From contig JBCCGE010000001.1 in the NCBI GenBank assembly GCA_039029455.1, positions 2,151 through 66,150 on the forward strand: 64,000 nucleotides of DNA, in the 5' to 3' direction. Below the pieces are notes generated by a model that was not told the DNA's origin, did no database searches, and saw only the letters and a list, made by a program, of their open reading frames with translations. The position numbers and the translations under genes were made by a program. This document shows positions 55,101-63,258 of the stretch, piece by piece. Numbering within the stretch: the stretch's first letter is position 1; each line of letters starts with the position of its first letter. Origin of the DNA: Pseudomonadota bacterium. Lineage in GTDB: Bacteria > Pseudomonadota > Gammaproteobacteria > Arenicellales > Poriferihabitantaceae.

Positions 55101-55393
55101 GCGACCTGTGCAGCGTAAGGACCGCCGTCGGACTGTCCTATCTGATACCAGGTTGAATAGTCCGGCCCGGCGTACCAACGCTGTTCAGATGCCGAGATTG
55201 CTATGTCAACATGTCCGTCCTTGTCAAAATCCGCGACGCCCACTTCGGCCGAATTTCTCGAAATAAAGGACGCGCCTGACCAGGTTTGAACCGTGGTCGA
55301 TTGTGCGGCTCCGATCGGCAATAGCAGCAACAGCAATAGATGGATGCGAACAGGTCGATCCGATTGAAACAGCAAACTCTCTAATCTCTGCAT
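52139..55393 (-). CDS. large secreted multidomain protein: FG-GAP/VCBS beta-propeller, Ig/BACON-like, fibronectin III, LamG (concanavalin-like lectin), Ig-like modules and thrombospondin type-3 Ca-binding repeat
   Basis: Seven Dx[DN]xDGxxD blades (e.g. DFDKDGHVDIAI, DINGDGWPDFV, DMDGDGRLDII, DIDGDGDNDIY, VDRDGDLDVA, DLDGDSDLDVV). An FN3 domain (SFSMTWSGSADNSGAIKEYIVYV...YSIQVAAIDFSGNES) and a LamG domain (NGALNFDG...FSAWINP...WQHIAATYDGSILRLFLNG...GRIDDVCIF) follow. C-terminal DEDGDGIDDAQDNCPGDFNPDQADLNANGIGDIC. I chose ATG 55393 because it precedes the signal peptide (IHLLLLLLLPIGAAQS). Confidence 0.85.
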   Translation of the reverse strand: MQRLESLLFQSDRPVRIHLLLLLLLPIGAAQSTTVQTWSGASFISRNSAEVGVADFDKDGHVDIAISASEQRWYAGPDYSTWYQIGQSDGGPYAAQVADINGDGWPDFVTSDGQRNAPDSANGEAGELYVYLNPGATGDPKQLWQRVTVYSGNVYHQNDLRVADMDGDGRLDIIERTWSSERVVVALQNANINNWTVRVFDTEETGKPEGISAGDIDGDDENEIVLSGVYWDNPGGWRSGDPIEHLIDSQFQGSTYGKVKSAVGDIDGDGDNDIYMASAEGADRYLAWYENNGPNTSGGVQLQRHIIKNNTGKFHMVQLVDVDRDGDLDVATGRSFGSKGVYIFYNTTTPDGVTWTEQNFDTNGEIYTGVVADLDGDSDLDVVGPSKFYGGNVRIYKNESPGEPLVVTPDSLDFSAVGGSQTVAVSTNDNWNGIPDQNWISVNPAMGFGNANVSVTAQAHSGFGPRFATVTFANSERLQTISIAQQGLPDNTPPSTPVIQSVSNVTSNSFSMTWSGSADNSGAIKEYIVYVNSVEHQRTPNTTISVGGLNAVTNYSIQVAAIDFSGNESSRSVAINVTTAQAPPSPQPVYYWKLDETAGNSTNEAINGLPYQLENISGNEWLTGVLNGALNFDGNNDDDDYIDLGSLDAPVSSVTFSAWINPDDLDGAGEGRILAKSTGISESDHYWMLSTIKSGSVFVPRVRLRANGSVTTLIGNSEQHVRENQWQHIAATYDGSILRLFLNGVQVGTVSKSGTVDQNANVLAAIGNTPSGDTAGRAFSGRIDDVCIFDQALSATNIQNIYNNGSAALCDNFGSSPADTTPPELEEATAVSTPTTDNTPSFTLGSSEAGTASFYGGCENSTNRAVDAGNTTITLSPLPVGFINDCGMRVTDASGNASDLLTLTAFEIQSPDNTPPSVTIEQADDQVDPTTSNIARFVVSFSESVEIGTLSSDDFMINGSDGQITVGPNDLDPPTAVQFVIGITGMASNDTVMVTLPASTVTDLAGNGNDPSTSIDNQVQYICANCNLEDEDGDGIDDAQDNCPGDFNPDQADLNANGIGDICEETSLCFPLIAANRTVLLICL

Positions 55394-55570
55394 GGTGACG
55401 CCGCAGGCGCACGAGATCGCAGCGGCGTCTGTATGGCATACTTTGCGCATACCCATGTGTGCAGACACTGCCGCAGTCGCGACACCCGACTGTGTTTATT
55501 TGTGAGCCCCGCAATCAGTGTAAGTTCTCATCACAGCGTTCTATAGAACAAAATCACCCGCGGAGCTGAA

Positions 55571-56416
55571 ATGACCGATTCGAGTGCAAACATAATCCCC
55601 CATCCGTTTTTAAACGGACTGACACTATTTACAGCTGGGCGATCGCCCCATCGGCACGATGTGCATGGACACAACGCCTATTCTGTGATTGGCCTGACGT
55701 CGGGTGCCAAGTACTATCATCATCAAGGGGCGACGCATTCGGTATCCGCGTTTGAAATAGCGGTTGCCAATCCCGGGGAATTGCACGGATGCGGACCCGT
55801 AGACAACAAACCCTGGTCGCACAGGACCTGGTATCTGAGCGAAGAGCTGGTGAGAGAGGTTTGTGGTATTGCCGACGATGAGGAAACCCCGATTCTGGAC
55901 GCACCGGTGATCCGGGACCGGAAAACAGCGCGGCATTTAATCTCTGCGCACAAACGATGCGATATTGAGATCGAGGCTCTGGAAGGTCAGTCAATTGCAC
56001 TGGAAGCGTTGGGATTATTGTTTGACAACCATTCCAGCTACAGAGAGGTAGAGCAGAGCACGATAACTATTAACGCTGCGGAACGAATGCCAATCTATTT
56101 GAGTTTTTTGCAGCAGAGTGTGTCCAATGCTCCGGACCTGACAGATCTTGCAAACGCAGCCGGCGTTAAACGAAATCAGGTAATCAGGGATTTCAAGGCT
56201 GCAGAAGGCGTGACACCGGGGCAGTACTTTCGGTCAATGCGGCTTAATCTCGCCAAACAACTCATCCGCGCAGGTAAGAATCTGGTAGAGACAGCCGGTG
56301 AATCGGGTTTTTCAGATCAGAGTCATTTCACCAGAAGCTTCAAACGAGCATTTGGTATCACACCAAACGCATTTAAAAGGATATCCCTTCAGTCTTCAGG
56401 GAATGCCCCGTTTTAG
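55571..56416 (+). CDS. AraC family transcriptional regulator
   Basis: N-terminal AraC-binding-like domain. C-terminal HTH pair (LTDLANAAGVKRNQVIRDFKAAEGVTPGQYF...ETAGESGFSDQSHFTRSFKRAFGITPNAF). Confidence 0.8.
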   Translation: MTDSSANIIPHPFLNGLTLFTAGRSPHRHDVHGHNAYSVIGLTSGAKYYHHQGATHSVSAFEIAVANPGELHGCGPVDNKPWSHRTWYLSEELVREVCGIADDEETPILDAPVIRDRKTARHLISAHKRCDIEIEALEGQSIALEALGLLFDNHSSYREVEQSTITINAAERMPIYLSFLQQSVSNAPDLTDLANAAGVKRNQVIRDFKAAEGVTPGQYFRSMRLNLAKQLIRAGKNLVETAGESGFSDQSHFTRSFKRAFGITPNAFKRISLQSSGNAPF

Positions 56417-56711
56417 CCCGAATACTTCATAAAGGCGGACATAATCAGACAACCCGTATTTTTATGTCGGTAGTTTGTGTTTGACTATTTTTGGGGAAAC
56501 CCGGATTGACCTTTCTGGTATGTAAGTCTTCTATGGCGACTCAATTTCGTGTTGCTTCCTTGCCGATACCCATCGAACCATAGCTGCGGTTACGATTACT
56601 CGGACGACCAACCAACCTGTCTGGTGAGTTTGCATCTCAATTCCGGACCTTCATGAAACATTCGAGCTGGTGATCATTTGCGGCCACTCGCTGTATGACG
56701 GACCGCGGTAG

Positions 56712-57521
56712 TTATTGCTGTATAGTATTTGAAAGAATTCCAACACTCTCAATTTCAACCTCTACGACGTCACCATCTTGCAGAGCGGAGGTCCTGCCAG
56801 GGGTTCCCATGAAAATAAGATCACCGGGCTTAAGGGTGAAATATCGGCTGAGGAAGCTGACAACTTTTGCAGGCGAGTGGATCATGTTGGCTGTGCTTTC
56901 CTGCTGCACGACGGTACCATTCAGTCGCGTTGTGAGCAGCAGGTCAGTGATATTCAGATTAGTGGTGATCACCGGACCAACCGGACCAAAACCATCGCTG
57001 GCTTTAGCCCGAATCCACTGTAGATCGCTGCTCTGCCAGCTTCTTTCTGACAGGTCGTTGCCCGCCGTGACACCAAAAATGTAGTCCATGGCCACAGCTT
57101 CGGAGACATTCTTGGCCGTTTTACCAACAACCATGACCAGTTCACCTTCGTAGTGGACGTTGCGGGCATCCGGGGGCAGAACCACCCTTTCGCGGTGCCC
57201 GGCTAGCGCACTTGGCAGTTTCAAAAACAGTGGCGGTGGACGATCCGCGCGCGATGACAGATGACTTGCAAAGTTTTTGCCCACTGCGAATACTTTTTCC
57301 GGATCTGTAGGTGGCAACCAATTCACTTTCGACAGCGGAATTGCTGTTTGAGTTTTCTCGGACATAGGAAACAGTCCGCCTTCAAGCAGCTGCAGAGAAT
57401 CGCCCTCGACGACACCATAGCGAGCAACACCTTCATGCAATGCACGGGCATAAGACGCCCCATGACTCGGTCCGGAAATCAATCCCCAGACTGCGACTAC
57501 TGCGATGACAATTCGAAACAT
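56712..57521 (-). CDS. fumarylacetoacetate hydrolase (FAH) family protein with signal peptide
   Basis: FAVGKNF, YEGELVMVVGK, GVTAGNDLSER, DGFGPVGP, GDLIFMGTPG and GDVVEVEIE are FAH-family blocks. ATG 57521 gives an MFRIVIAVVAVWGLISGPSHG signal-like N-terminus. Confidence 0.85.
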   Translation of the reverse strand: MFRIVIAVVAVWGLISGPSHGASYARALHEGVARYGVVEGDSLQLLEGGLFPMSEKTQTAIPLSKVNWLPPTDPEKVFAVGKNFASHLSSRADRPPPLFLKLPSALAGHRERVVLPPDARNVHYEGELVMVVGKTAKNVSEAVAMDYIFGVTAGNDLSERSWQSSDLQWIRAKASDGFGPVGPVITTNLNITDLLLTTRLNGTVVQQESTANMIHSPAKVVSFLSRYFTLKPGDLIFMGTPGRTSALQDGDVVEVEIESVGILSNTIQQ

Positions 57522-57533
57522 GGCAAACAAAAA

Positions 57534-57599
57534 TGATCCCGGCAGGCTGGAACGGCAATCAGGAGCGAGGGCTGCGCAATTTCCAGCCTGCCGGGATCA
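57534..57599 (-). terminator. 19-bp perfect-stem hairpin followed by a T-tract (intrinsic-terminator-like) immediately upstream of the FAH gene
   Basis: tgatcccggcaggctggaa (57534-57552) is the exact reverse complement of 57581-57599, with a 28-nt loop. On the minus strand the hairpin is followed by TTTTTGTTTGCC and then the ATG at 57521. Confidence 0.55.
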
Positions 57600-57956
57600 A
57601 AAACTGGGACTGGCTGACTGCCGACACACCTGATCTGTTATCAAATAACGTATTGCACTGGCGAATATGCCCGTAGTCAGACCCAGACAGGATCCGAGAA
57701 TAAGACCTGGTGTGACAATTTGAGCCCTGATTTTTGCTTTCATAATCGACTCGACGGTGTGGTTGCAGCGGCAGATAATGATCTTCAGAAAGCGCGTATT
57801 ATTGAGAAAAACACGATAAAAAGTAGGTGAATACACCGAACTCTTTCTCCAATGGCATCAATGTACAGTCGATTTCGCATATAATCAAAAAAATAATATA
57901 TCTTTCAATAAGATAATGAACGTATTACGTTCACGAAGCATGAATGCATTTCTCGA

Positions 57957-58796
57957 ATGGCGCCAAAAATGCACAAAAAAGATGAATTACTGGGGGTGTT
58001 AGTAGCATTTGTGACGGCTGGACTGCTTGCTGCACACCGATGTGGGCACAGTTCAGCGTTCAGCGTAATCGGCGGATACGCATACTGGACCTTCCGCATT
58101 CTGGTCGAAGCCGGTCTTTTTGCGGCGACTCTTTTTGCGGTGGAGCGCTATATTGGTCATCAGATATCCAAATGGTCGGGGTATGCAGCGGCGATATTGT
58201 TCAGTCTTATACCCTTCACTCTGGCTGTCACGGCACTCGATCTGGTGCTGGGTTTACCGGAGCTGGGTATTGATTCCGGGCGTTCCGCAGTGGGTTTACG
58301 CCTGAGCGCGTTCGTGCATGAGCTGTTTTACCTCCTGGACAACCACGTGTTTCTCTGCATCCTGATTTTGATTCCAAGGCTGATGCGTCAATTTGCCAGC
58401 GCTGACAACCTCAACACAGTCCACGAAAGCATGGCGAAAAAAACAGAGACAACTGCGTCGTTTATTGAGTCCATCAATCCTCCTCTGAAAGGTCATCTCT
58501 GTTCGATCGAAGCACAGGAGCACTATATAAAAGTTACCACTACGGAAGAATCACGCATGATTCTGTACCGGTTCTCGGACGCCATTCGTCAGTTACCTGT
58601 TGATCTAGGAATGCAGGTGCATCGGTCGCACTGGGTAGCACACGCAGTTGTTGAAGGCATTGAATCTGAAGGTCAGCAAATGCGTGTTGTCATCGGAAAG
58701 GGTGGGAAGATACCCGTCAGCAGAACCTATCGTGCAGCGGTTGAAGAACGCTATCCAGTTCACATAAGCAACGCAGAATCGAGTCAGTCGATTTAA
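57957..58796 (+). CDS. membrane-anchored LytTR-domain DNA-binding protein
   Basis: The N-terminal half has 4-5 TM helices. The C-terminal LytTR pattern is IEAQEHYIKVTTTEESRMILYRFSDAIRQLP...GMQVHRSHWV. Confidence 0.7.
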   Translation: MAPKMHKKDELLGVLVAFVTAGLLAAHRCGHSSAFSVIGGYAYWTFRILVEAGLFAATLFAVERYIGHQISKWSGYAAAILFSLIPFTLAVTALDLVLGLPELGIDSGRSAVGLRLSAFVHELFYLLDNHVFLCILILIPRLMRQFASADNLNTVHESMAKKTETTASFIESINPPLKGHLCSIEAQEHYIKVTTTEESRMILYRFSDAIRQLPVDLGMQVHRSHWVAHAVVEGIESEGQQMRVVIGKGGKIPVSRTYRAAVEERYPVHISNAESSQSI

Positions 58797-58913
58797 CGTC
58801 GAATCCGACCAGTTGTGAAACCGGTCCGCAACGAGTACTTCGGATTCAATTCAGTATTATTCAATGCGTGATATACGATTAGAATGGGTCTGAACGTTGC
58901 AGATCAAACCGAT

Positions 58914-60170
58914 ATGCGGACACCGACATTTGTGCGCTCAGAAAGGAATTTGAAAAAGTCGCTCGCGGTTGCACTCATGGTGTTAAATCTGCTGGTAACC
59001 GTGCAGGGTTATGCCGATACAGAGTCAGTCATTACACTGGGACCCAGACCGGCAAACCTGCTTGCCAGTATGCGACCAGGTGCATTGAAGACTCGCCTGC
59101 AGTCATGTATCCACGGTCCGTTCAGACCCAGTGACTGGTCGATCGGACACCGCGGTGCGCCAGCGCAGTTTCCCGAACATACCCGAGAATCAAATATCGC
59201 TGCGGCAAGAATGGGTGCAGGAATACTCGAGTGCGATGTCACCTTTACCCGGGATCGCGAACTGGTGTGTCGTCATGCTCAGGATGACCTGCACACCAGC
59301 ACAGACATTCTGAGCACAGCACTGGCTGATCGGTGTGTTCAACCATCGACTGCGACGTCTGACAATGTGCGGGTGGACGCACAATGCAGAACCTCTGACA
59401 TCACATTGTCCGAGTTCAAAGCATTAAGGGGCATACAGGATATAGTGAATTCCGCGGGACATTCGGCAACTCAATACATCGCAGGGGCTGGGGAATGGCG
59501 TAAAGATCGGTTTGCAGCCACGGGAACACTGTTGACCCACAAAGAGCATATCGAACTTGTCAAATCACTTGGACTGAAGTTCATGCCGGAGTTAAAGGCT
59601 CCGGTGGTTGACATGCCGTTTGAGGGAGATTACTCGCAGGTCGAGTATGCGCAGCAGTTGATCGATGAATACAAGCAGGCGGGAGTCAGTCCGGCAGACG
59701 TTTTTGTTCAGTCGTTTAATCTCGACGATGTACTTTACTGGATTGAGAATGAACCGGAATTTGGCGAGCAGGCGGTTTATCTGGACGACAGCTATGCCAT
59801 CGAGGGTTGGTCACCTTCTGATCCGAGCACATGGCGGAACAGCATGAGGGAACTTAAGTCGATGGGCATTAACTATGTCGCACCACCAATCTGGGTGTTG
59901 TTGTCTCTGGAGGACAATCGCATCGTGCCTTCAGTGTATGCGAGAAGGGCGACCGCAGCTGGTCTGAAAATTATTACATGGACGGTAGAGCGATCCGCTT
60001 CTATATCTTCAGGTGGCGGATGGTATTACCAGTCCGTTAGTGAGCGTCTTCATCGAGACGGTGATGTTTTCGAGGTGATGCATGCGCTGCACAGGGAGGT
60101 CGGAGTGGTCGGCATATTTTCAGACTGGCCGGCAACCACTACTTTCTACGCGAATTGTTTTGATTTGTAG
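58914..60170 (+). CDS. glycerophosphodiester phosphodiesterase (GDPD) family protein, secreted
   Basis: IGHRGAPAQFPEHTRES...ECDVTFTRDRELVCRH is the GDPD catalytic His/Glu block. ATG 58914 precedes a signal peptide (SLAVALMVLNLLVTVQGYA). The ORF is open from 58884. Confidence 0.8.
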   Translation: MRTPTFVRSERNLKKSLAVALMVLNLLVTVQGYADTESVITLGPRPANLLASMRPGALKTRLQSCIHGPFRPSDWSIGHRGAPAQFPEHTRESNIAAARMGAGILECDVTFTRDRELVCRHAQDDLHTSTDILSTALADRCVQPSTATSDNVRVDAQCRTSDITLSEFKALRGIQDIVNSAGHSATQYIAGAGEWRKDRFAATGTLLTHKEHIELVKSLGLKFMPELKAPVVDMPFEGDYSQVEYAQQLIDEYKQAGVSPADVFVQSFNLDDVLYWIENEPEFGEQAVYLDDSYAIEGWSPSDPSTWRNSMRELKSMGINYVAPPIWVLLSLEDNRIVPSVYARRATAAGLKIITWTVERSASISSGGGWYYQSVSERLHRDGDVFEVMHALHREVGVVGIFSDWPATTTFYANCFDL

Positions 60171-60284
60171 GATGTGTTTCTCAGTTCGGTCGTGATCTAG
60201 TACGGAAATGCAATCTGCTTTAACGCGCCCATCTGATTCGCAAATCATGTAAATTGCTTACGAACTCCAGATGCTCACTCACAG

Positions 60285-61133
60285 GTGCATGCCGTGCATA
60301 AAGATCAGATTCAATACCAGGTTGCGGAAAGAGTTGCGACTATCACCCTAAACCGTCCAGAAAAACTTAACGCCATCACCGACACGATGCCGGGAGATCT
60401 GGCAGCGGCTGTCGAGGCAGCCACCGCGGATGATTCCGTACATGCGATCGTGTTAACCGGTGCAGGCAAAGGGTTTTGCAGCGGATATGATCTTTCAATT
60501 TTCGCTGAGAACAGTTCCGCGGCAATTCAGGATATGCCGTGGGATGCAATGATCGACTACCAGTTGATGCGACGATTTACTGATCACTTTATGTCATTGT
60601 GGCGATGTCCGAAACCGGTCATTGCCAAAGTGAATGGCGATGCAGTAGCGGGAGGCAGCGATATAGCTTTGTGTTGCGACTTAATTATCATGAGCGAGAC
60701 CGCCCGAATCGGTTACCCACCGGCTCGCGTATGGGGTTGTCCAACGACAGCAATGTGGATGTATCGAGTCGGTGCCGAGAAAGCCAAGCGGATGTTGTTT
60801 ACCGGTGATCTGATTTCCGGGAAAGAAGCGGAAAAGATGGGGCTGATCCTGGAGGCAGTGCCGTCAGAAGAGCTCGACATCACAGTTGCCCGATTGCTGA
60901 ACAGGGTGACAGGTGTGCCCAGAAACCAACTTGCCATGACGAAGACATTGGTAAATCAGACTTACGAAAATATGGGATTGAACTCTACCCAGACTTTGGC
61001 AACATTGTTTGATGGTTTTGCACGCCACAGTCCGGAAGGCGTCGCATTTAAGGCTCGAGCCGAAGAGGCGGGATTTAAGCGAGCCATCGCCGAACGCGAC
61101 TCAGGGGCACCAATTCCCGGCAGTAAAAAATGA
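60285..61133 (+). CDS. enoyl-CoA hydratase/isomerase (crotonase) family protein
   Basis: ITLNRPEKLNA, LTGAGKGFCSGYDL, AKVNGDAVAGGSDIALCCDL are crotonase oxyanion-hole blocks. GTG start. Confidence 0.85.
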   Translation: MHAVHKDQIQYQVAERVATITLNRPEKLNAITDTMPGDLAAAVEAATADDSVHAIVLTGAGKGFCSGYDLSIFAENSSAAIQDMPWDAMIDYQLMRRFTDHFMSLWRCPKPVIAKVNGDAVAGGSDIALCCDLIIMSETARIGYPPARVWGCPTTAMWMYRVGAEKAKRMLFTGDLISGKEAEKMGLILEAVPSEELDITVARLLNRVTGVPRNQLAMTKTLVNQTYENMGLNSTQTLATLFDGFARHSPEGVAFKARAEEAGFKRAIAERDSGAPIPGSKK

Positions 61134-61679
61134 TTGCATAGCTTAATCGGTGCAGCACGAGGTGTTTGGCACCAACAAAGACTGAGTCGCAGAAATACAA
61201 ACTATTCGATGTCAGCCGGGCTGTCCCTCCGAATGACTGGAGGATTACTCAATGCACGATTTTCACTGAGCACCTTCTGCTTTGTGATGCGGAGCGCAAC
61301 TATCCCCTGAGCAAATGGACGACCTGGGTTCTTGAAGTTAAACAGTCGAAAGTCAGTCTTTACGATTCGAACATAGGGTTGTCGGATCGATGGGAACGTC
61401 GAATCCTCAACGGACGTGATCTGTGAGCTAAACAAGATGTAACCTGATTGTCACATCAGTGTGACCGATGTATGTAAATATCGGGTCTGCTAGACACAAA
61501 CTAAAATGAAGTCATCGTGTGTTGCGCCGCTGTCTAAAGCTGGTAAATCGATTTGCCGGCGCACAATGCTGAGACTGGACAAATATGATACTTTGGCTGA
61601 TTCCGTGTGTGAAGGACAGGTATTCTTGTAGCGTTTGCACATCGGGCATCGATTTATAACTCACTAAAGCTGCAATCAA

Positions 61680-62534
61680 ATGTCAACTACTACTCTTACT
61701 CGTAAATTCTTATCGGCTGCTGTGGTTTCTGTATTGAGTACAACCACCGCTCTTGCACAAACAGAGCGTGAGCTGGGCGCCCATGAACACGGCACCGCTC
61801 GTTTGAACCTTGTCATTGAAGGCTCGACACTCGGAATTCTGTTCGAAACACCGTCGATTAACATGGTTGGTTTTGAGCACGCGCCCAGAAACGCGGCTCA
61901 GGAAACCGCGATTGAAATGGCCAAATCCGACTTGCTTGATCCTGCAACTTACTTTGGTTCATCGTTTGATCTGTCCTGCACTGTGAGTGACGCCACCTCT
62001 GAATGGCACGGGGAAGACGGTGAGCACGACCACGGTGATGATCATGGCGATCACAAGGACGAGCACGACCACGGTGATGATCACGACGATCACAAGGACG
62101 AGCATGACCACGGTGATGATCACGGCGATCACAAGGACGAGCACGACAACGGTGATGATCATGGCGATCACAAGGACGAGCATGACCACGGTGATGATCA
62201 CGACGATCACAAGGATGAGCATGACCACGGTGATGATCACGACGATCACAAGGATGAGCATGACCACGGTGATGATCACGACGATCACAAGGACGAGCAT
62301 GACCACGGTGATGATCACGACGATCACTCAAGCGAGAGTGACGACGATGCCCACTCTGAGTTTTCCGCCGAACTGACCCTGAGCTGCGCAAATCTGGATG
62401 ACCTCAGCGTGATTGAAATTGCACTGTTCGAAAAGTTCGCCGGGCTCGAAAAAATTCAGTTTCAGGCGGCACTACCGTCCGGTCAGACCGGAGGTGAGTT
62501 GACTGCGGAAAACAATCGCATCGAACTGAAGTAG
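61680..62534 (+). CDS. DUF2796 / ZrgA-like periplasmic metal-binding protein with expanded His/Asp repeat
   Basis: Has a signal peptide (FLSAAVVSVLSTTTALAQ). ELGAHEHGTARLNLVIEGSTLGILFETPSINMVGFEHAP matches the DUF2796 N-terminal pattern. A central poly-(EHDHGDDH[GD]DHKD) array is present. An ABC ATPase and an FtsX-type permease follow, as in zinc-regulated zrgABC loci. Confidence 0.75.
   Translation: MSTTTLTRKFLSAAVVSVLSTTTALAQTERELGAHEHGTARLNLVIEGSTLGILFETPSINMVGFEHAPRNAAQETAIEMAKSDLLDPATYFGSSFDLSCTVSDATSEWHGEDGEHDHGDDHGDHKDEHDHGDDHDDHKDEHDHGDDHGDHKDEHDNGDDHGDHKDEHDHGDDHDDHKDEHDHGDDHDDHKDEHDHGDDHDDHKDEHDHGDDHDDHSSESDDDAHSEFSAELTLSCANLDDLSVIEIALFEKFAGLEKIQFQAALPSGQTGGELTAENNRIELK
62022..62327 (+). 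repeat. 39-bp coding tandem repeat, about 7.8 copies (13-aa unit EHDHGDDH[G/D]DHKD)
   Basis: Units begin at 62022, 62061, 62100, 62139, 62178, 62217, 62256 and 62295 (the last is partial). Copies differ only at a few positions: cac/cat, gac/gat, ggc/gac, and one cac/aac. Confidence 0.95.
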
Positions 62535-62556
62535 ACTCGACAGCGTTTTCAAATTC

Positions 62557-63258
62557 GTGGCCAGCGTTCTCGAACTTAGCGAGCTCGCGTTTCGCTGGCC
62601 ATCCGCAGATGTCAGGATTCTGGAGATCGACGAATTCTCTATCCCCAGGAGCAAGCACACATTTCTAATGGGCGCGTCGGGGAGTGGAAAGTCGACGCTG
62701 CTCAATTTAGTCAGCGGGGTACTGACTGCAGAGCATGGCTCGGCAAAAATTGACGGTGCCGATATCCAGGGGTTGTCATCGAAGATGCGGGATCGGCTCA
62801 GGGCCGAAAAAATCGGCTATATCTTTCAGCAGTTCAATCTCATCCCCTATCTGAGTGCGATTGAAAACGTCTTGCTGTCCTGTCGATTTTCACCGGCGCG
62901 GGCTGCAGCGGCCCAACAACGGCATGGCAGCCAGCGAGACAGCGCTTTGTCACTGCTGACCGGTTTTTTCCCGAATCAGAATCTTGATTTTGATCGTGCG
63001 GTTACCGCATTGAGTGTGGGGCAACAGCAGCGCGTTGCGGCAGCTCGTGCTCTCATCGGCGCACCCTCTCTGGTCATTGCGGACGAACCCACATCGGCGC
63101 TGGACCATGACACCAAGGCCCGATTTATGGAGCTTCTGGTGCAGGAGTCCGATCGCCAGAATTCGACCCTGCTTTTTGTAAGTCACGATCCTACGCTGAC
63201 GAATCATTTTCATCGCATGATCAGAATTGAGGACATTAACTCGGCGGTAATCGGATGA
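62557..63258 (+). CDS. ABC transporter ATP-binding protein (LolD/MacB-type)
   Basis: Walker A GASGSGKST, Q-loop, signature LSVGQQQRVAAARAL, Walker B LVIADEPTSALD and H-loop VSHD. GTG start. Confidence 0.9.
   Translation: MASVLELSELAFRWPSADVRILEIDEFSIPRSKHTFLMGASGSGKSTLLNLVSGVLTAEHGSAKIDGADIQGLSSKMRDRLRAEKIGYIFQQFNLIPYLSAIENVLLSCRFSPARAAAAQQRHGSQRDSALSLLTGFFPNQNLDFDRAVTALSVGQQQRVAAARALIGAPSLVIADEPTSALDHDTKARFMELLVQESDRQNSTLLFVSHDPTLTNHFHRMIRIEDINSAVIG

Noticed and set aside
61166-61435. Overlapping small ORFs 61166-61426 (+, 86 aa) and 61202-61435 (-, 77 aa) after the crotonase gene.
   Set aside because: There are no motifs and no convincing start context, and each excludes the other. There is insufficient evidence to call either a gene.
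61450-61465. 16-bp palindrome GTCACA-tcag-TGTGAC upstream of the ZrgA-like gene, considered as a CRP or Zur site.
   Set aside because: The half-sites are in the opposite orientation to the CRP consensus (TCACA...TGTGA rather than TGTGA...TCACA), with a 4-bp rather than 6-bp spacer. It is not AT-rich like Zur boxes, and it lies 215 bp from the start codon. I mention it only as unexplained symmetry.
61858-62391. Three additional ORFs over the His/Asp repeat: 61858-62391 (-), 61959-62327 (-) and 61987-62376 (+). They encode poly-(DRRDHHRGHA), poly-(VIITVVML) and poly-(TRTSMTTVMI).
   Set aside because: These are artefacts of the 39-bp tandem repeat keeping several frames open. Only the frame with a signal peptide and DUF2796 flanks makes biological sense.
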